NCBI RefSeq assembly: GCF_009914755.1
Contig: NC_060930.1
Length of the DNA stretch: 64,000 nucleotides
Direction: 5' to 3' (one strand)
Origin: the human T2T-CHM13v2.0 reference genome, Homo sapiens
Position numbers and translations under genes: made by a program. The notes under the pieces were generated by a model, which did no database searches, had not been told where the DNA came from, and saw nothing but the letters and a program-made list of their open reading frames with translations. Positions 1-40,638 of the stretch are shown in pieces. Each line of letters starts with the position of its first letter. The first letter of the stretch is position 1.

Positions 1-149
1 TAAAAGGTGGTTTAGATATAAAGCCTCCCCTGAGGCTCAAAGACACTGTCTGAGAGTGAGGGCCTGAAGTGAGGCAGGATGGGCAGTTCTCCCGGGGCAT
101 CCCATACACTTAGCTTCAGCCACGGCTGTGCCCATCAACCTGCTGCTGT

Positions 150-545
150 CTGGGATAAGGCATTGCCTTGGCAACCAGAGACTGAGGCCCAGTCCTGGCT
201 GTGCCACTAAGGGCTGGGTGATCTTGAGCAGTCCATCTCACTCTTTGGAGCCTCTGCTTAGGAGGGCCTCCCTGCCAGCTCCAGCATTCTCCACTTCAAG
301 ACACCAATCAGGGCAGGGATGCCTGGGGGTGCCAGGCAAAATTGTGAAAGGGCCGCCAGTGGTCGCTTCCACAGGAAGTCCTGTAGATGAGCACAGGAGA
401 TTGGCTCGCTGGGGAACGGAAAGGGAGATTAAGCAAGACAAGACTGTTAACAGTTCTAGAGCTCGTGGGCTCCGCAGGGCAGCAGTCACCCTACCACCAG
501 GTCCCAGAGCCCAGGGCTGTGTGTTCCACTGGGAGCCTTTGAGAG
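150..545 (+). promoter_or_regulatory. RAB44: Probable RAB44 promoter and non-coding exon 1 (donor GAGAG|GTAGGA at 546)
   Basis: The ATG exon is preceded by a splice acceptor at 6840, so an upstream exon is required. Plausible donor at 546; inverted ETS cores CTTCC-ACA-GGAAG (366-378); GATAAG at 154-159. The TSS cannot be fixed from sequence alone. Confidence 0.55.
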
Positions 546-3065
546 GTAGGAGCCATCCCAAGGTTGCAATGCTTCTTTTTCTTTGGAAGGATGAGGATGG
601 GGGAGGGAGCTGGGGTCCCTGTTTAACTTCTATGTCAAGGGTGCAAAAGGCAGAGCCCTCTTTTCTCCTGCATTTGGAGCTCTCTGCATGGTCTAAGGGA
701 GGGGATGGGAAAGCACTTGGGCAAGAGGCTGGGGTACATCACTACCCGTAAATGGCTGTGTGACCTAGGGCAAGTCACCTGGTTTCTCAGAGCCTCAGTT
801 TCTCTGTTAGTTAGGAGAGGAGGAGTGAGGATAAGTAGACTGGAACAAGACACTAGGTGGTCTCTCAGGCCCACTGACTTGGACCACTGGGGTTTAGCGA
901 CTGTGGCTATTATTTACAGCTATTGAAGCCAGCCAAGTGGAGAGCAGACCCAGTTCTGAGCGCCCTTTGGTGAGACAGTGATGGATACCCGGAGGCCCCA
1001 GGCAGGGCCCATGCCAGGTTGTAATCTGCTGCTGCCTGCTGCCCCACCCCACTCTTCTTCTCTGGCTTCCACTTCCTGGTGGGCAGCCTGTGGTGCCTGC
1101 TGCCTAACAGAATACCACGGTGGTAGTGGATTCCCGCAGGTGCTTGGGAGTGGGATTCATTTGCTCTCATGTTTGGCTTCAAGTTTTATGCGATTTCTTA
1201 GGTGAGGGATGTGGGGAGAGGTGGTCATGCTGAGGGGATATATGTGTGTCCTAGCCATGAAGGGGTCCCCCACTCTTAAGGACGTGAGGCATGAGGATGC
1301 ACTAAGGGGAAAGTGGTGGAGGAGAAGGGCGCTGGCAGGGTGGCCCTGCCAGCTGACTCGGAGGGATGTGTGTGCTGGGCGACGGCATTTGCACATGCAG
1401 AATGGAATGATGGAATGGCCGTGAGGGGTGCTGTGTCTGACTGAGAGGCTGATGGTGAGGGATTGGAGGGTGAGGATGATGGCCAAGGAGGGTGTGTGTG
1501 CGTGCACGTTTGCACGTGTACATTTGTGGATTGACTGAAGGATGTCCTTGCTGTCTCTGAGGGACCAGGCCTGGCCTAGAAGGGACACAGACTGTTTTTA
1601 GGGGGTGCTGTCAGGCCGTGGGGGTGCTGTCAGGGATCTGAATGTGAAGGCACGAGGGGTGAGTGCACCATCCCACCTGATGGTGACAAGTGACTGATTT
1701 TGAGGTGGCGATGGCTGGAGGGCACCTGCTGCCTTCCTGCCCCAGGCCACCTGTCAGGCAAGGAGCGGGTGGCTGAGTACCCCTCCTGGGAGAGAAGGAT
1801 TGACTGGCAGAGAGGGCAGATGCTGAGGTGGGGCAGGCGAGGTGTCTGGAAGGTGCTATTTTCTTAAAAAATGCCAGGGGACTGCTGGAAATGGGCTGTG
1901 GAGGTGTAGCTTGGCTAAGAACTCCCAGAAAGGAAAGTCAGGAATGCCACATGTCCTAGGATGTGGCTGCAGGGAATTTCTTCCAGGATTCTAACATCCT
2001 ACACCTGTGGGAGCCTGGCAGGCTGCGATGTGACACTCACATCACAGTGGACTTTGCTTCTGGAGGCTTCTGCACAGGGAATCTTATCTTGCTCCCTTGG
2101 CCGTGTTAGCTCCATTGCCAGAAGTACATGAGACATTGGGCGTCACCACAGGAGCCAAGCCTGTCAACGCCCACCCCGTTCCAAAGCCCTTGTCCCACTC
2201 AGGGCTACTCCACTGGGCGTTTGTCATCCCCAGAGGGGCCTTCTGCCCAGGGAAGAGCCACCTCTGTAGCCTTGGGGAAGTCCATCCCATGACCAACCAG
2301 AAGAGCAGAGTCTGGTGTAGTTCTACCACTGACATCATGGCTGGGGCAGGTCACTCTGCCTCTTGGAACCTCCCTCAGTTTCCTCATCTGTCAAATGGGA
2401 TCAATTGTATCTGCATGGAACCTGGCTTTTATGTGCCTCAAATAGAATTCACCTTTATCAATGTCATCACCACTGTTGTCATTGCTACCTTTACCTGGTA
2501 GTCACTGATACCAAGCGCACTCCTAAGTGGCTTTATGTGGATCATATATTCAGCAAATATTTGCAGAGTACCAACTGTGTGCCAAGCGCTGTTCTAGGCT
2601 CTTGGGATAGAACAGTGAACAGAATGGTCATCTCCCTACTCACGTGAGGCCTCTATTTCAGCATGAGGAGAAGGAAAATTTACAACAAAAACGAGCAAAA
2701 GGCTCTCTATTCTGGGAAGGTGACAAGTGCTAAGACAAAGTGAAGCTGGAAAGGGAGGTGGGCCATGCTGGGGAATGGGAACTGATGTTTCAACTTTAAT
2801 TATCTTGCTTAATCCTCGCAGCATCCCCGTGGGAGAGATATTAGTCCTAAGTTTCCAGTGAGGAAACTCAGGCACAGAGATGCTGATTGACTTCCCTAAG
2901 GTTGCACAGCCCATGGGCAGCAGAGCTGGGAGAAGCAGAGGTCTGTCTGACTTCACAGCAATGGGACTGGAAGTCACTTTCTCTTGTGAGCCTCCTTTTC
3001 TGCATCTCCAGGTCATGAGAGTGGGACTGACCCTCATAGTTCTGAGGCTCAGTGAGTCTTTCTTT

Positions 3066-3360
3066 TAATTTTACTTTTTTATTTTTTTGAGACAGAATCT
3101 CACTCTGTCGCCCAGGCTGGAGTGCAGTGGTGAATCATAGCTCACTGCAGTTTTGACCTCCTGGGCTCAAGTGATCCTCCCATCTCAGCCTCCCAAGTAG
3201 CTAGGACTACAGGCACCCCACCATGCCCAGCTAGTTTTATTTTATTTTGTAGAGACAGGGTCTCGCTATGTTGCCCAGGCTGGTCCTGAACTCCTGGGCT
3301 CAAGTGATCCTCTCGCCTCAGCCTCCCAAAGTACTGGGATTACAGGCCACCACGCCCAGC
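3066..3360 (-). mobile_element. Alu (AluJ-like)
   Basis: Poly-T followed by reverse Alu consensus. Confidence 0.9.
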
Positions 3361-3665
3361 TTATTTTGTTGTTGTTGTTTTGTTTATTAATCCCCTTCTA
3401 TTCTACAGGGAGTCTTTCTTTGAGTGTAACCTGCAAGGCTGGAACTGCCAGGCCAAACCCCATTAGCCACTGAAGAAGGGTCATAGGCCCATGGAGGGAG
3501 GGGGCTCCCCTCTTAGGGGGGATGGGGAATGGAGATAGATGGTGTCTTTCTAGGTGTGGAAGGCCTCTAGGCCCAAGAAGGGGTATCTATGTGGTCACTG
3601 TTTCCATGGAGCAACATGGGGTGAATTAGGGGTGAGAGATACCGCGTGAAGGCCAGTTAGATTAG

Positions 3666-4037
<372 letters not shown>

Positions 4038-4920
4038 GTGATATTTTCTGAGTCTCTTCAGTTGTCTGTTAGAACATTCCACATTCTAGGGGACCATGAA
4101 TCAGCAGAGGAAGTGGGTTGAGAGCCCAGTACATATCCTAAGCAAGGTTGGGCACTATGAGGGCATCAGGGTTAAGTATAATCTCTCCTGCCCTGGAGCT
4201 CACTGCTAAGCTATGTCACCTCCCCCAGGAAGCCCTCTCTGACACCCTGATCAGTGAGTTGCTCCTTTTTCAGTGCTCTCCCAGCACCTGACACACAGGT
4301 ATGCTGCCCCTTCTGTGCTGCACTGTAATTATGTTTGTGTCTCCTGCATGAGGCTGTGAGGGCCCCTAGGGGAGAACAGGAGTTAGTCACACCTCTACCT
4401 GCAGGGCCAGGGACTCTGCTGGGGTGTACAAGGTGTGTCCTGCACAAGGATGCCCAGCCAAGGGGGTGCATGGGACTGGAATCCAGCCCACATTCCACTT
4501 GTCAAACCATGAGCCCTGGCACTGGGCTGTGTCTGCCAGCAGGAAGTACCTTTTCCTAATTCACTTAAAGGAAACATATGGATTGCAGCGGGCCTGCTTA
4601 GCACTGTACCGGCATTCAGTTGGCGCTCGGTAAATGGTTGTTGCTTATGTGCATGATAGAGGGTGGGAAGGGTTGGGGCAGATGAAAGTCTTCAGAAGAG
4701 GTGTGCTGGTGACTATTCTTTGGTGGGGGCAGGAGACCTGATTCATGGCATTTGCTGATTCCCATGGTGCCAATACTCCCACAGTGGCTGATGCCAAGCT
4801 GCTGGGATAGGAAGGGGTGTGCACAGTCAGCCCTCACAAGCCCCTAATAGTGGACTCCAGCTCACCACTGCGGTTTTACATTTATGATCTTAAAACTTCA
4901 TCTGAAACAGACTTCGAAGG

Positions 4921-4922
<2 letters not shown>

Positions 4923-4954
<32 letters not shown>
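4923..4954. repeat. (GA)n microsatellite
   Basis: About 16 GA units. Confidence 0.95.
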
Positions 4955-4957
<3 letters not shown>

Positions 4958-5614
4958 GTACTTCTGTTTGAAGTTTGGGGCCTCCTAAGGATGAGAGATT
5001 GCTTCATCCAAGTTCTGTGCAACCTGTGCCATTCCCCTTGGGAAGCTTGCCCAAGGGGAGGCCGTGGAATGACCCCCTGGAATGAGCCCATGAGGCCTAA
5101 AGCAGAGCCCTCTAACCACTCCACCCAGCCTGTCTGTGGCCTTCGGCCTCAACAGAGAATGCCCAGGGGAGATATCTATTCCATCTCCTGGGCATGAGCC
5201 TTACTATTCTGCCTCGATTCCTTCACACACACTGTTTACCGCTTCCAAATCCTACATGCCTCCTGCAGAACCTGCACAAGCCCCACCACTTGCAGGAAGC
5301 TGCCCTGTCTGTCTGGACATCAAGTCCTTCTCATCCCATAGCTTTATGGGCCCCAGACTTGTTCCCGCAAAGCAGGCTCAGACTTTATCCCTTTCAAACC
5401 ACAGCCTCTCTTTTCCTCACCCCAGGGGCCTCACCTGGATGAATCCCCAACCATCAAAATCCTTATCAATTGACTGAACTAAGACATTCAGTGACAGGTG
5501 AATGAACAATGAATTTGACACCCCTTACTTGAGCACTTGACATGTGCTAAGGGGGCGGGGAGCAGTATGGACCTAGATAAACAGTGATATCCACAGCTGG
5601 GGCAGCATGGGGCC

Positions 5615-5974
5615 TGCCTTAGTCTGTTTTGTACTACCGCAGATACCATAGAATGGGAAATTTACATAGAGCAGAAATTTATTTCCTCATCCTTCTGGAG
5701 GCTAGAAAGTTCAAGATTAAGGAGGTAGAATCTGGCGTGGGCCTTCTTGTGGTGTCTTCCCATGGTGGAAGGCAGAAGGACGACAGGGAGCACGAGGGTC
5801 TGAGTCCATCTTTTAACAAGGAACTCATTTTTACAATAATGGCATTCATCCATTCATGAGGACGGTGCCCCCATGACCCAAACAATTCCCATCAGGCCCC
5901 ATCGCCCAACACTGCTTCACTGGGGATCAAGTTTCCAACACATGAACTTTGGGGAACACATTCAAACCATAGCA
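5615..5974. mobile_element. ERVL-MaLR solo LTR (MLT1A-like)
   Basis: Starts tgccttagtctgttt, contains ttctggaggctagaaagttcaagat, ends ggggaacacattcaaaccatagca; about 360 bp. Confidence 0.8.
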
Positions 5975-6852
5975 GGGTTGCAGACAAGGGGGCACTGAGC
6001 CCAGCTTGAATGCAGGGGTGACTGCAGGGAAGGCTTCTTGGAGGAGGCAGCCTGTAAGGTGAGGAAGCAAAAGGTATTAACTATGTAAGGGAGTGAGAGA
6101 GTTGAGGAGTTTGGGGCAAAGGGAGCAGGGTGGGAGGGAATCAGGAATTCCAGGAACCATGAGTGGTTCAGTGGTGTTGCCATGGACCCCAAGGGCACAG
6201 GGGTGGGGTGGATGAAGCTGAGGCCATGTCACGTGGGGCCCTAAGAGCCGCATAGGGGTGCTACTGATTCCATGCTGCGTGTGTCGAAGGACTAGAGACA
6301 TGGTGCTGGAGAGAAAAGGCTGGAGGAGAGGTGAGGCTGACAGGGGAGGAGGTGTCGGTGGAGGGATCCCTGACGCAGCTGAGATGAGTTAATGAGCAAG
6401 AAGAGTCATCAGAGAGATGGCTCAGAAGCTGCTTATGGCCCTTCAGACAGCTAGATCCTGGAAAACCCTGTGTAACCACCCTCCAGGTCAAAACACGAGA
6501 TAGATTCTGCGTGCGGTGAATAGGATATATTCTCTAATGGTCGGAGAAGACTTTGATAGTTGAGTAGTAGCCTGAAGAGATGAGGGCAGGTGGGTAGCTT
6601 GGAGAAGGGCATTCCAGGTAGAGGGAACTTAGAAAGGGCAAAGGCGTTGAGCAGAATGGACGAGAGGCCATGAGGCGGCTGGGCGACGAGGTCAGAGGAC
6701 CCGGCGGGACACCATCAGGCCGGGCTTTGGCAGCCACAGTGGATTTTCTTCCAAGGGTGATGGGAGCCAGGGGAGGGTTTTGAGCCATGAGAGGGCGTGA
6801 CTGTCCAGCAGCCCGGTGCCCCTCACTCCTCTGTCCCCAGGGCCAACGCACC

Positions 6853-34717
<27,865 letters not shown>

Positions 34718-35810
34718 TCACCTGTCCTGTCCTGGGTAGGATGGACACCCATGGGGTTTCCTGTCCCTCAGCTCCTGTCCTTTGTTCCTGGACAGCAACG
34801 ACACAGAGGACCAGCTTGGAGGTTCAGGAAAACCCTTCTCAACTCAGGACTCGGATCCCAGAGCAGGGCCGCATCACCTCTGCCTTTCACACTCCAAAGG
34901 AGGGCTTTGCTGAGTGAACAAGGCTTGAGGGGCAGGGGTATGGCAAAACTCTCCAAACAAAGAAAGTCTAGAAAAACGACTTAAGGAAAATACACCAAAA
35001 TATTGGCCGCACATCTGTGGGTGTAAAATTTTAGGGAGAATGTGGGGGGGGGGTGTTACTTTCCATTTTACACATATTTGTATTTTCAGATTTTCAACAA
35101 TAACAGTATTCAATACATAATCAGAAAAAAGAGATGTGGAGGAGGAGGAGAGAAACTTCCCAAGGAGCTCCCTTGGGTGCTGCTGGCTCCTAATTAGTGT
35201 AACCTGTTAATCACATGTTGCTCGGTGTTAGAGCGGTCCCTCTGTGCTCTGCTTGGCAGGGCGCTGTTGGCCTGGTCTCCCTCGCTATTTCTATTTGCAA
35301 GCATGGGCTTTCTTCCCAGCAGAATCTGGTTCCTGGGAAGAGTAATGTTCCAAAGGCCTCTGATATGCCTCGATGCCCTCCTGTCTTCCAGAGCCCCAAC
35401 CTCACTCCCTTTCCCCACCATACAAAACACACCTCCCAGGGGTCACATTTGGGGGTCCCGCCCCCTGCTCCAATGCCATGGTGTCCCCAAGCACAGGGCT
35501 TTGGCCTGAGTTGTCAGTCTCTGGATGCATTTGAGGGGCAGCTAGGGTGTGGCTGGGGGGTCCAAGCAGCTGGGGAGCCGAGACTCAGAATCATTCACAC
35601 ACTTCTATTTGGAGCTTTTGTGGAAGTTTCCAGAATTCCATAATATTCACCTCCTGAATGGTGGCTGCCCCTTATCAGCCAGGGCTGGGGTTTCCAGTGC
35701 CCTCGGAGAGCTTGCTTTAGAGTCTTGGAGAGACGGCCATGGTCTTCGTTTGTATGTCTGTCACATCTTACCATCATCACAAACTGAATATACAACATGT
35801 GCCAGGCACT
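34718..35810 (+). other. RAB44: RAB44 3' UTR (approximate end)
   Basis: Follows the stop codon. Only variant poly(A) hexamers seen: AATACA 35112-35117 and AATATA 35787-35792. Confidence 0.5.
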
Positions 35811-35814
35811 GAAT

Positions 35815-36101
35815 TTGTTTGTTTGTTTTTTGAGACAGGATCTCTCTCTGTTGCGCAGGCTGGAGTACATTGGCATGATCGCCACTCACAACAGCCTCAA
35901 CTGTCTGGGCTCAAGTGATTCCCCCACCTCAGCCTCCCAAGTAGCTGGGACCATGGGCACATGCCACCACATCCGGCTAATTTTTTAGCTATTTGCAAAC
36001 ACAAGGTCTTGCAATGTTGCTTAGGCTGGTCTCAAACTCCTGGGCTCAAGTGATCCTCCCAATGTGCTGGGATGACAGGCGTGAGCCACCGCCCCCAGCC
36101 T
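35815..36101 (-). mobile_element. Alu (AluJ-like)
   Basis: Diverged reverse Alu. Confidence 0.88.
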
Positions 36102-36489
36102 GGGTTTGGTATTTTGTAATCCTTCAGGTACTGGGGAATTTCCTGGCTGAATCAATGGAAACCCCAGTTTCATAGGGGGACAAGCAAAGACAGTTCAAGG
36201 AACAGAGTTACAGAGAGAGAGAACGAAGGAGAAAGAGGGAGCAACAGAGGGCTGCTGCATCACACAGTCTTAGGCCCTGGCCCCAACCCCTCTTCTCAGT
36301 TCTGAAAGGAACATCTCAGCAGCAGTGAGCCTTCCATCACCAGAGGCGCACAAGAAGACAGGTAATGCTTGGCAAAGGTGAGGTAGAGAAGATCCCAGCA
36401 TCTGAAGCTGCCAAAGTTGGATTAGATTCCCTTAATGGACCCCATTCAACCTCCAGACTCCATGTGGATGATTCCCATGGTCCAGCTGA

Positions 36490-36809
<320 letters not shown>

Positions 36810-36929
36810 TCCAGCTGATTCTTTTACTGGGCCCTTCACTGATCCTTTTTACCCCAATGTCTTCTCCCATCTCAGGTCCCCTCCCGCAGCCCACAAGCCT
36901 GCCCCTGAACTGAGCAGTTTCTCAGTGTG

Positions 36930-36932
<3 letters not shown>

Positions 36933-36962
<30 letters not shown>
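36933..36962. repeat. (AG)n microsatellite
   Basis: About 15 AG units. Confidence 0.95.
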
Positions 36963-36966
<4 letters not shown>

Positions 36967-38699
36967 GTGGGCTGCAGTGAGTGATGCTGGCCCTGGATAA
37001 GGATGGGAAACAGGTCCTATAGTTGCTAATGGCTCTTTCTCTGGGGCCCAGGGACCTGGCAGGCACCAACATCTCTGTCCTGTAGGCCAGGGAGTTAATG
37101 AGGCAGGTAGGCAGGGTGTGATTCCTGGGAGAGGCAGTAGAGCAGACAGCCCCTGTCGTTTGGGGGCCCGGTACGGGAGTGGCCCCCAGGCCTCCCCGTC
37201 TCAGCTCAGCTCTGTTGTGGCCTCAGGCAACTCAGGTTCGCAGGAGGTGGAGTTCTGGGAGGAACTCCACACTGCCCAGCACCCTCTTTTGGCTTTCTTG
37301 GGCCGGATCCACCTGCTGGGCAGGGCACAGCTGTGCAAGGACCACCAGCCTTTCCTGCTGTCAAAGGGCTCACAAGCCAGGGAACAGGACCCAGGAACCT
37401 CAGAGCAGCACAAAGTAGGCAACGACAGCAGCAGGAGAAACTTGAGGTAGACTTCAGAGTGAACTTCCAGGCAAGTGGTGAGTTCTTGGGGCATGTCAGC
37501 CAAGGAGGCTCTGATTTAGGCTTAGCCAGAGTCTGATTAAGAAAAGGAGGGTGGGACTGGGCTGATGGGACTCAGGCTGTGGAGTGAGAAGGGAGGGCAT
37601 GGGGAGAGAAGGAAGGCTGGGCAGGAGCTCTAAGAGAAGAGGGCTTTTGGGAGCTGAGGGTGAGCAGGGGCAGAATGACATCCCTCCTTTACCCAGTGCC
37701 TACCGTATGCCAGGCACTGTTCTGAGCACCTAGCTCGTGTTAATTCATTTAGCCCTCACACCATCAGGCGTGCTCCCCCATCTTACGGAAAAGGAAAGTA
37801 CTGCATAGGGAGGCTGAGTAACTTCCCCGTAGTCACGTAGCAAGTAAGTGCTGGAGCCAGTGTTAAACGCAAACGCCGATACCCATAGACTTAACTCTGA
37901 AGTTATGCAACTGCTTACAGGAAGATGCGGATGCTTCGGGGAAGGAGGGGCCAGGTCCCTGAAGCCTCGTATTGCTCCCTGCCAATTCCTCTCCAGTAAT
38001 AGTCCATGTCATTGGTGGGTGTGGACCAGGAAAAAGAGACGAAAAGGCAGTGATAAATGCCAGGAAAGTGGCTGGATGACAGCCTTCATCCAGGACAGGT
38101 CCTTCATTTCCCCTCCTCCTGCCGTCTCTGAAGCTGGTGGGACCCGGGAAGGTGGCCGACATCAGAATTCACAGAGGCCCCCTCTCCAGTCTCCCCTCAG
38201 CTGCCCTCAGGCACGTTGCTGCCCTGGGGCCCCAGAGACGAAGCCAAGTTCCCCAGGCTGGGGCTCTGCAGGAGGGACTCAGAGACTCCTTCAAACCTGG
38301 CTTTGAGCCCGCAGGAGAAGAGTGTCTCCAGCCCCCACCCCGGTGTGGTAGAAAAGGGGAGGGCAACTCCAGTAAGGACTCCTCTGCTATGTCTTGTTTG
38401 CTGCTGGATTCCGGGAACCTGGTCCAGAGCAAATGCTCAGGAAATATGTACTGAGTTAGCAGGCAAGCCTCCAGCTAAAGCTCCCGGGCCCTGGCCTGGC
38501 CTGCAGGGCGGCCAATGGTGACATCAGCCACTGGGCTGGCTCTAGGATGTCTACATCCCATCTTGTAGCCAGAGTCCTCCCAATCGGGGACTACCCCTGC
38601 CCTTGACATGTGGGACAGAGTGGGGGTGAGAAGAAAGGTCTGACCACTGGGTGCAGACTCCCCCACTCTGCCAGGGGCCTGCACAGCATAACCTAGAGG

Positions 38700-38862
38700 G
38701 CAATGATTCCCAGGCTGGTCTGCCCTTAGAATTATTTGGGATCTTTCAAAAATGCTAAAGCCCAGACCAACTATGTCATGTCTCTGGGGGTGGGACCCAG
38801 GCTTCTGTATTTGTGAAACTCCTCAGGTGATCCCAAAGTGCAGAGAAGCTTGGGAACCACTG
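38700..38862. mobile_element. MER5A-like hAT-Charlie relic
   Basis: caatgattccca...caggtgatcccaaagtgcag...ttgggaaccactg. Confidence 0.65.
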
Positions 38863-39196
38863 GAAGGGGCTTCACACCTTCTCAAAGCCCTTTCAGACCC
38901 ACTTTTCCATTTGAACCTCAAATTAAACCTGCTTGTTTCACAGGGCAGGGTTTTTGTTTTGTCAAAAAATAGATACATATGTGTGTGTGTATGTATGCAC
39001 ATATATATTTATCAGATTATGAAAACAATGTGTACTCCCTGCAGAAATTTTAGAAATAAATTTTAAAGAAGAAAATGAAAATTACCCTAGTCTTACCACT
39101 TACGATAGTTACTATTGACATCTGTTTTATTTTATTTCCTTGCTTTCTTACAGCTGAGGAAACTGAGGTAGAGAAACATTAAGTAACTCTCCCAGG

Positions 39197-39355
39197 GGCC
39201 AGGTGCGGTGGCGCCTGTAATCCCAGCACCTTGGGAGGCCGAGGCATGAGAATCGCTTGAACCTAGGAGGCGGAGGTTGCAGTGAGTCAAGATCTCACTC
39301 CAGCCTGGGTGATAGAGTGAGATTCTGTTTCTAAATAAATAAATAAATAAATAAA
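39197..39355 (+). mobile_element. Internally deleted or monomeric Alu with (TAAA)n tail
   Basis: Alu 5' end joined to right-arm sequence. Confidence 0.8.
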
Positions 39356-39591
39356 TCCCAGGGTACTGGAGCTAGCAAGCAGCAGAGGCAGGATTTGAAC
39401 CCAGGGTACTAATGGAGTCCATCCCATGGGGTTGTCATGAGGTCTGCAGGGGCTAATGTGTGCCAAGGACAGGCCTTATCTGGGCCCACTACATGCAGGG
39501 GGTCTGTGAAAAAAGGAGGCTTAGCAGGAATGGGGAAGGCGGCCTTTGGGGCTGGCTGGTTTCTACTTTGTCCTTGTGTGTTTGAAACAGA

Positions 39592-40638
39592 ATGGAGCCC
39601 AATGCTACGTTCACCATGCAGCTCACGGCCACACCTGAGCGACTGCTCCGACTCATCTCTGCTGGGGTCTGTGGCCTCATCCTGCTGGTGGGGCTGTCAG
39701 CTAATGGGCTCATGCTGCTGGTGGTGGGCCGGGGCCCGGGCTCCCCCCACCCGCTCCACTCCCTGACCCACAGCCTCATGATGAACATCACGCCATCTGA
39801 CCTGCTCTTCCTGGCCTGCGTGGTGCCTGTGCTGCTGCTGAGCTTCCTGCAGCACAACTGGTGGCTGGGCCCTGCCATCTGCACCATTAGCCAGGCCACC
39901 AACACAGCCACCACGTTCTGCATCTTCTATAGCATGGTGGCCACAGCTCTCCTGCGCCATGTGGCTGTGGCCCGGCCTGACCTGGCCTTCCCAGCCGGCT
40001 GGGGCACCCTCTTGCTGCTCTGTGGGGCCATGTGGGCCCTGGGCCTTACAGAATCCCTGCCCAACTGGCTGTTCCAGAGGGTGGCAGTGGAGGAGGAGAC
40101 AGCGGGGGCTCCCAAGACCCAGGCCTGCCTCTTGCTCCTGAGCCCTGCTGGGACCTCCTGCTACATCAGCCTGCTGGGAGCCCTGGCCTTCCTGCCATGC
40201 ACGCTGGGGCTGGGCTGCTCTTTCAGCCACGTGGGCTGGCTCCTGTGGACCCAGCCCCAAGGTCCCATGGGAGAGAGCATCCAGGAGCATTAAGAGAACA
40301 TAGGGCTCAGCCTTGTGGTGCTGGTGGTTTTTGTGCTGATGTGGGGGCCCTGCTCCATGCTGGGTTATGTGGCAGCCATGGGCTACCTGCCTGCCACACC
40401 GGCTGCTTTTGTGGCCTCCAGCCTCTGCACCATCCTGGCCTACTCCAATTGCGCTGTCAGCCCTATCCTCTGCTTCTACCTCTCCCGCCCCTTCCAGGCA
40501 GGACTCAGGGACCTCTTCTGCAGGCCGATGATGGCCAGGCATCCCAGAGGTGTGGGAGTGGCAGCCTCAGTGGTGGCGACTGTTCAGCCTGGCCGTGACA
40601 GGGCCTCAGGAGGCCTGTGGGGCCTGGCGGGGGTCTAA
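39592..40638 (+). pseudogene. GPR166P: GPR166P, intronless rhodopsin-class GPCR pseudogene, galanin receptor 1-like
   Basis: ORFs 39592-40293 and 40315-40638 share one frame, separated by TAA 40291-40293. Seven hydrophobic segments; N-terminal NAT sequon; TM1 GLSANG, TM2 NITPSDLLF, WWLGPAIC, TM6 MWGP, TM7 LAYSNCAVSPIL, helix 8 LSRPF. Lies between RAB44 and CPNE5. Confidence 0.9.

Noticed and set aside
128-751. 207-aa ORF across the presumed RAB44 promoter
   Set aside because: GTG start, no domain similarity, crosses the exon-1 donor; expected by chance
1601-1634. gggggtgctgtcagg repeated twice
   Set aside because: Trivial two-copy slippage duplication with no evident function
40291-40341. 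Stop-codon read-through or re-initiation rescuing a full or split GPR166P receptor
   Set aside because: TAA-G is an efficient termination context, and the next in-frame ATG (40339) lies late in TM6
39697-40542. 281-aa antisense ORF (and a 188-aa alternate-frame ORF at 40032-40598) over GPR166P
   Set aside because: Shadow ORFs of a GC-rich coding sequence; no recognisable domain
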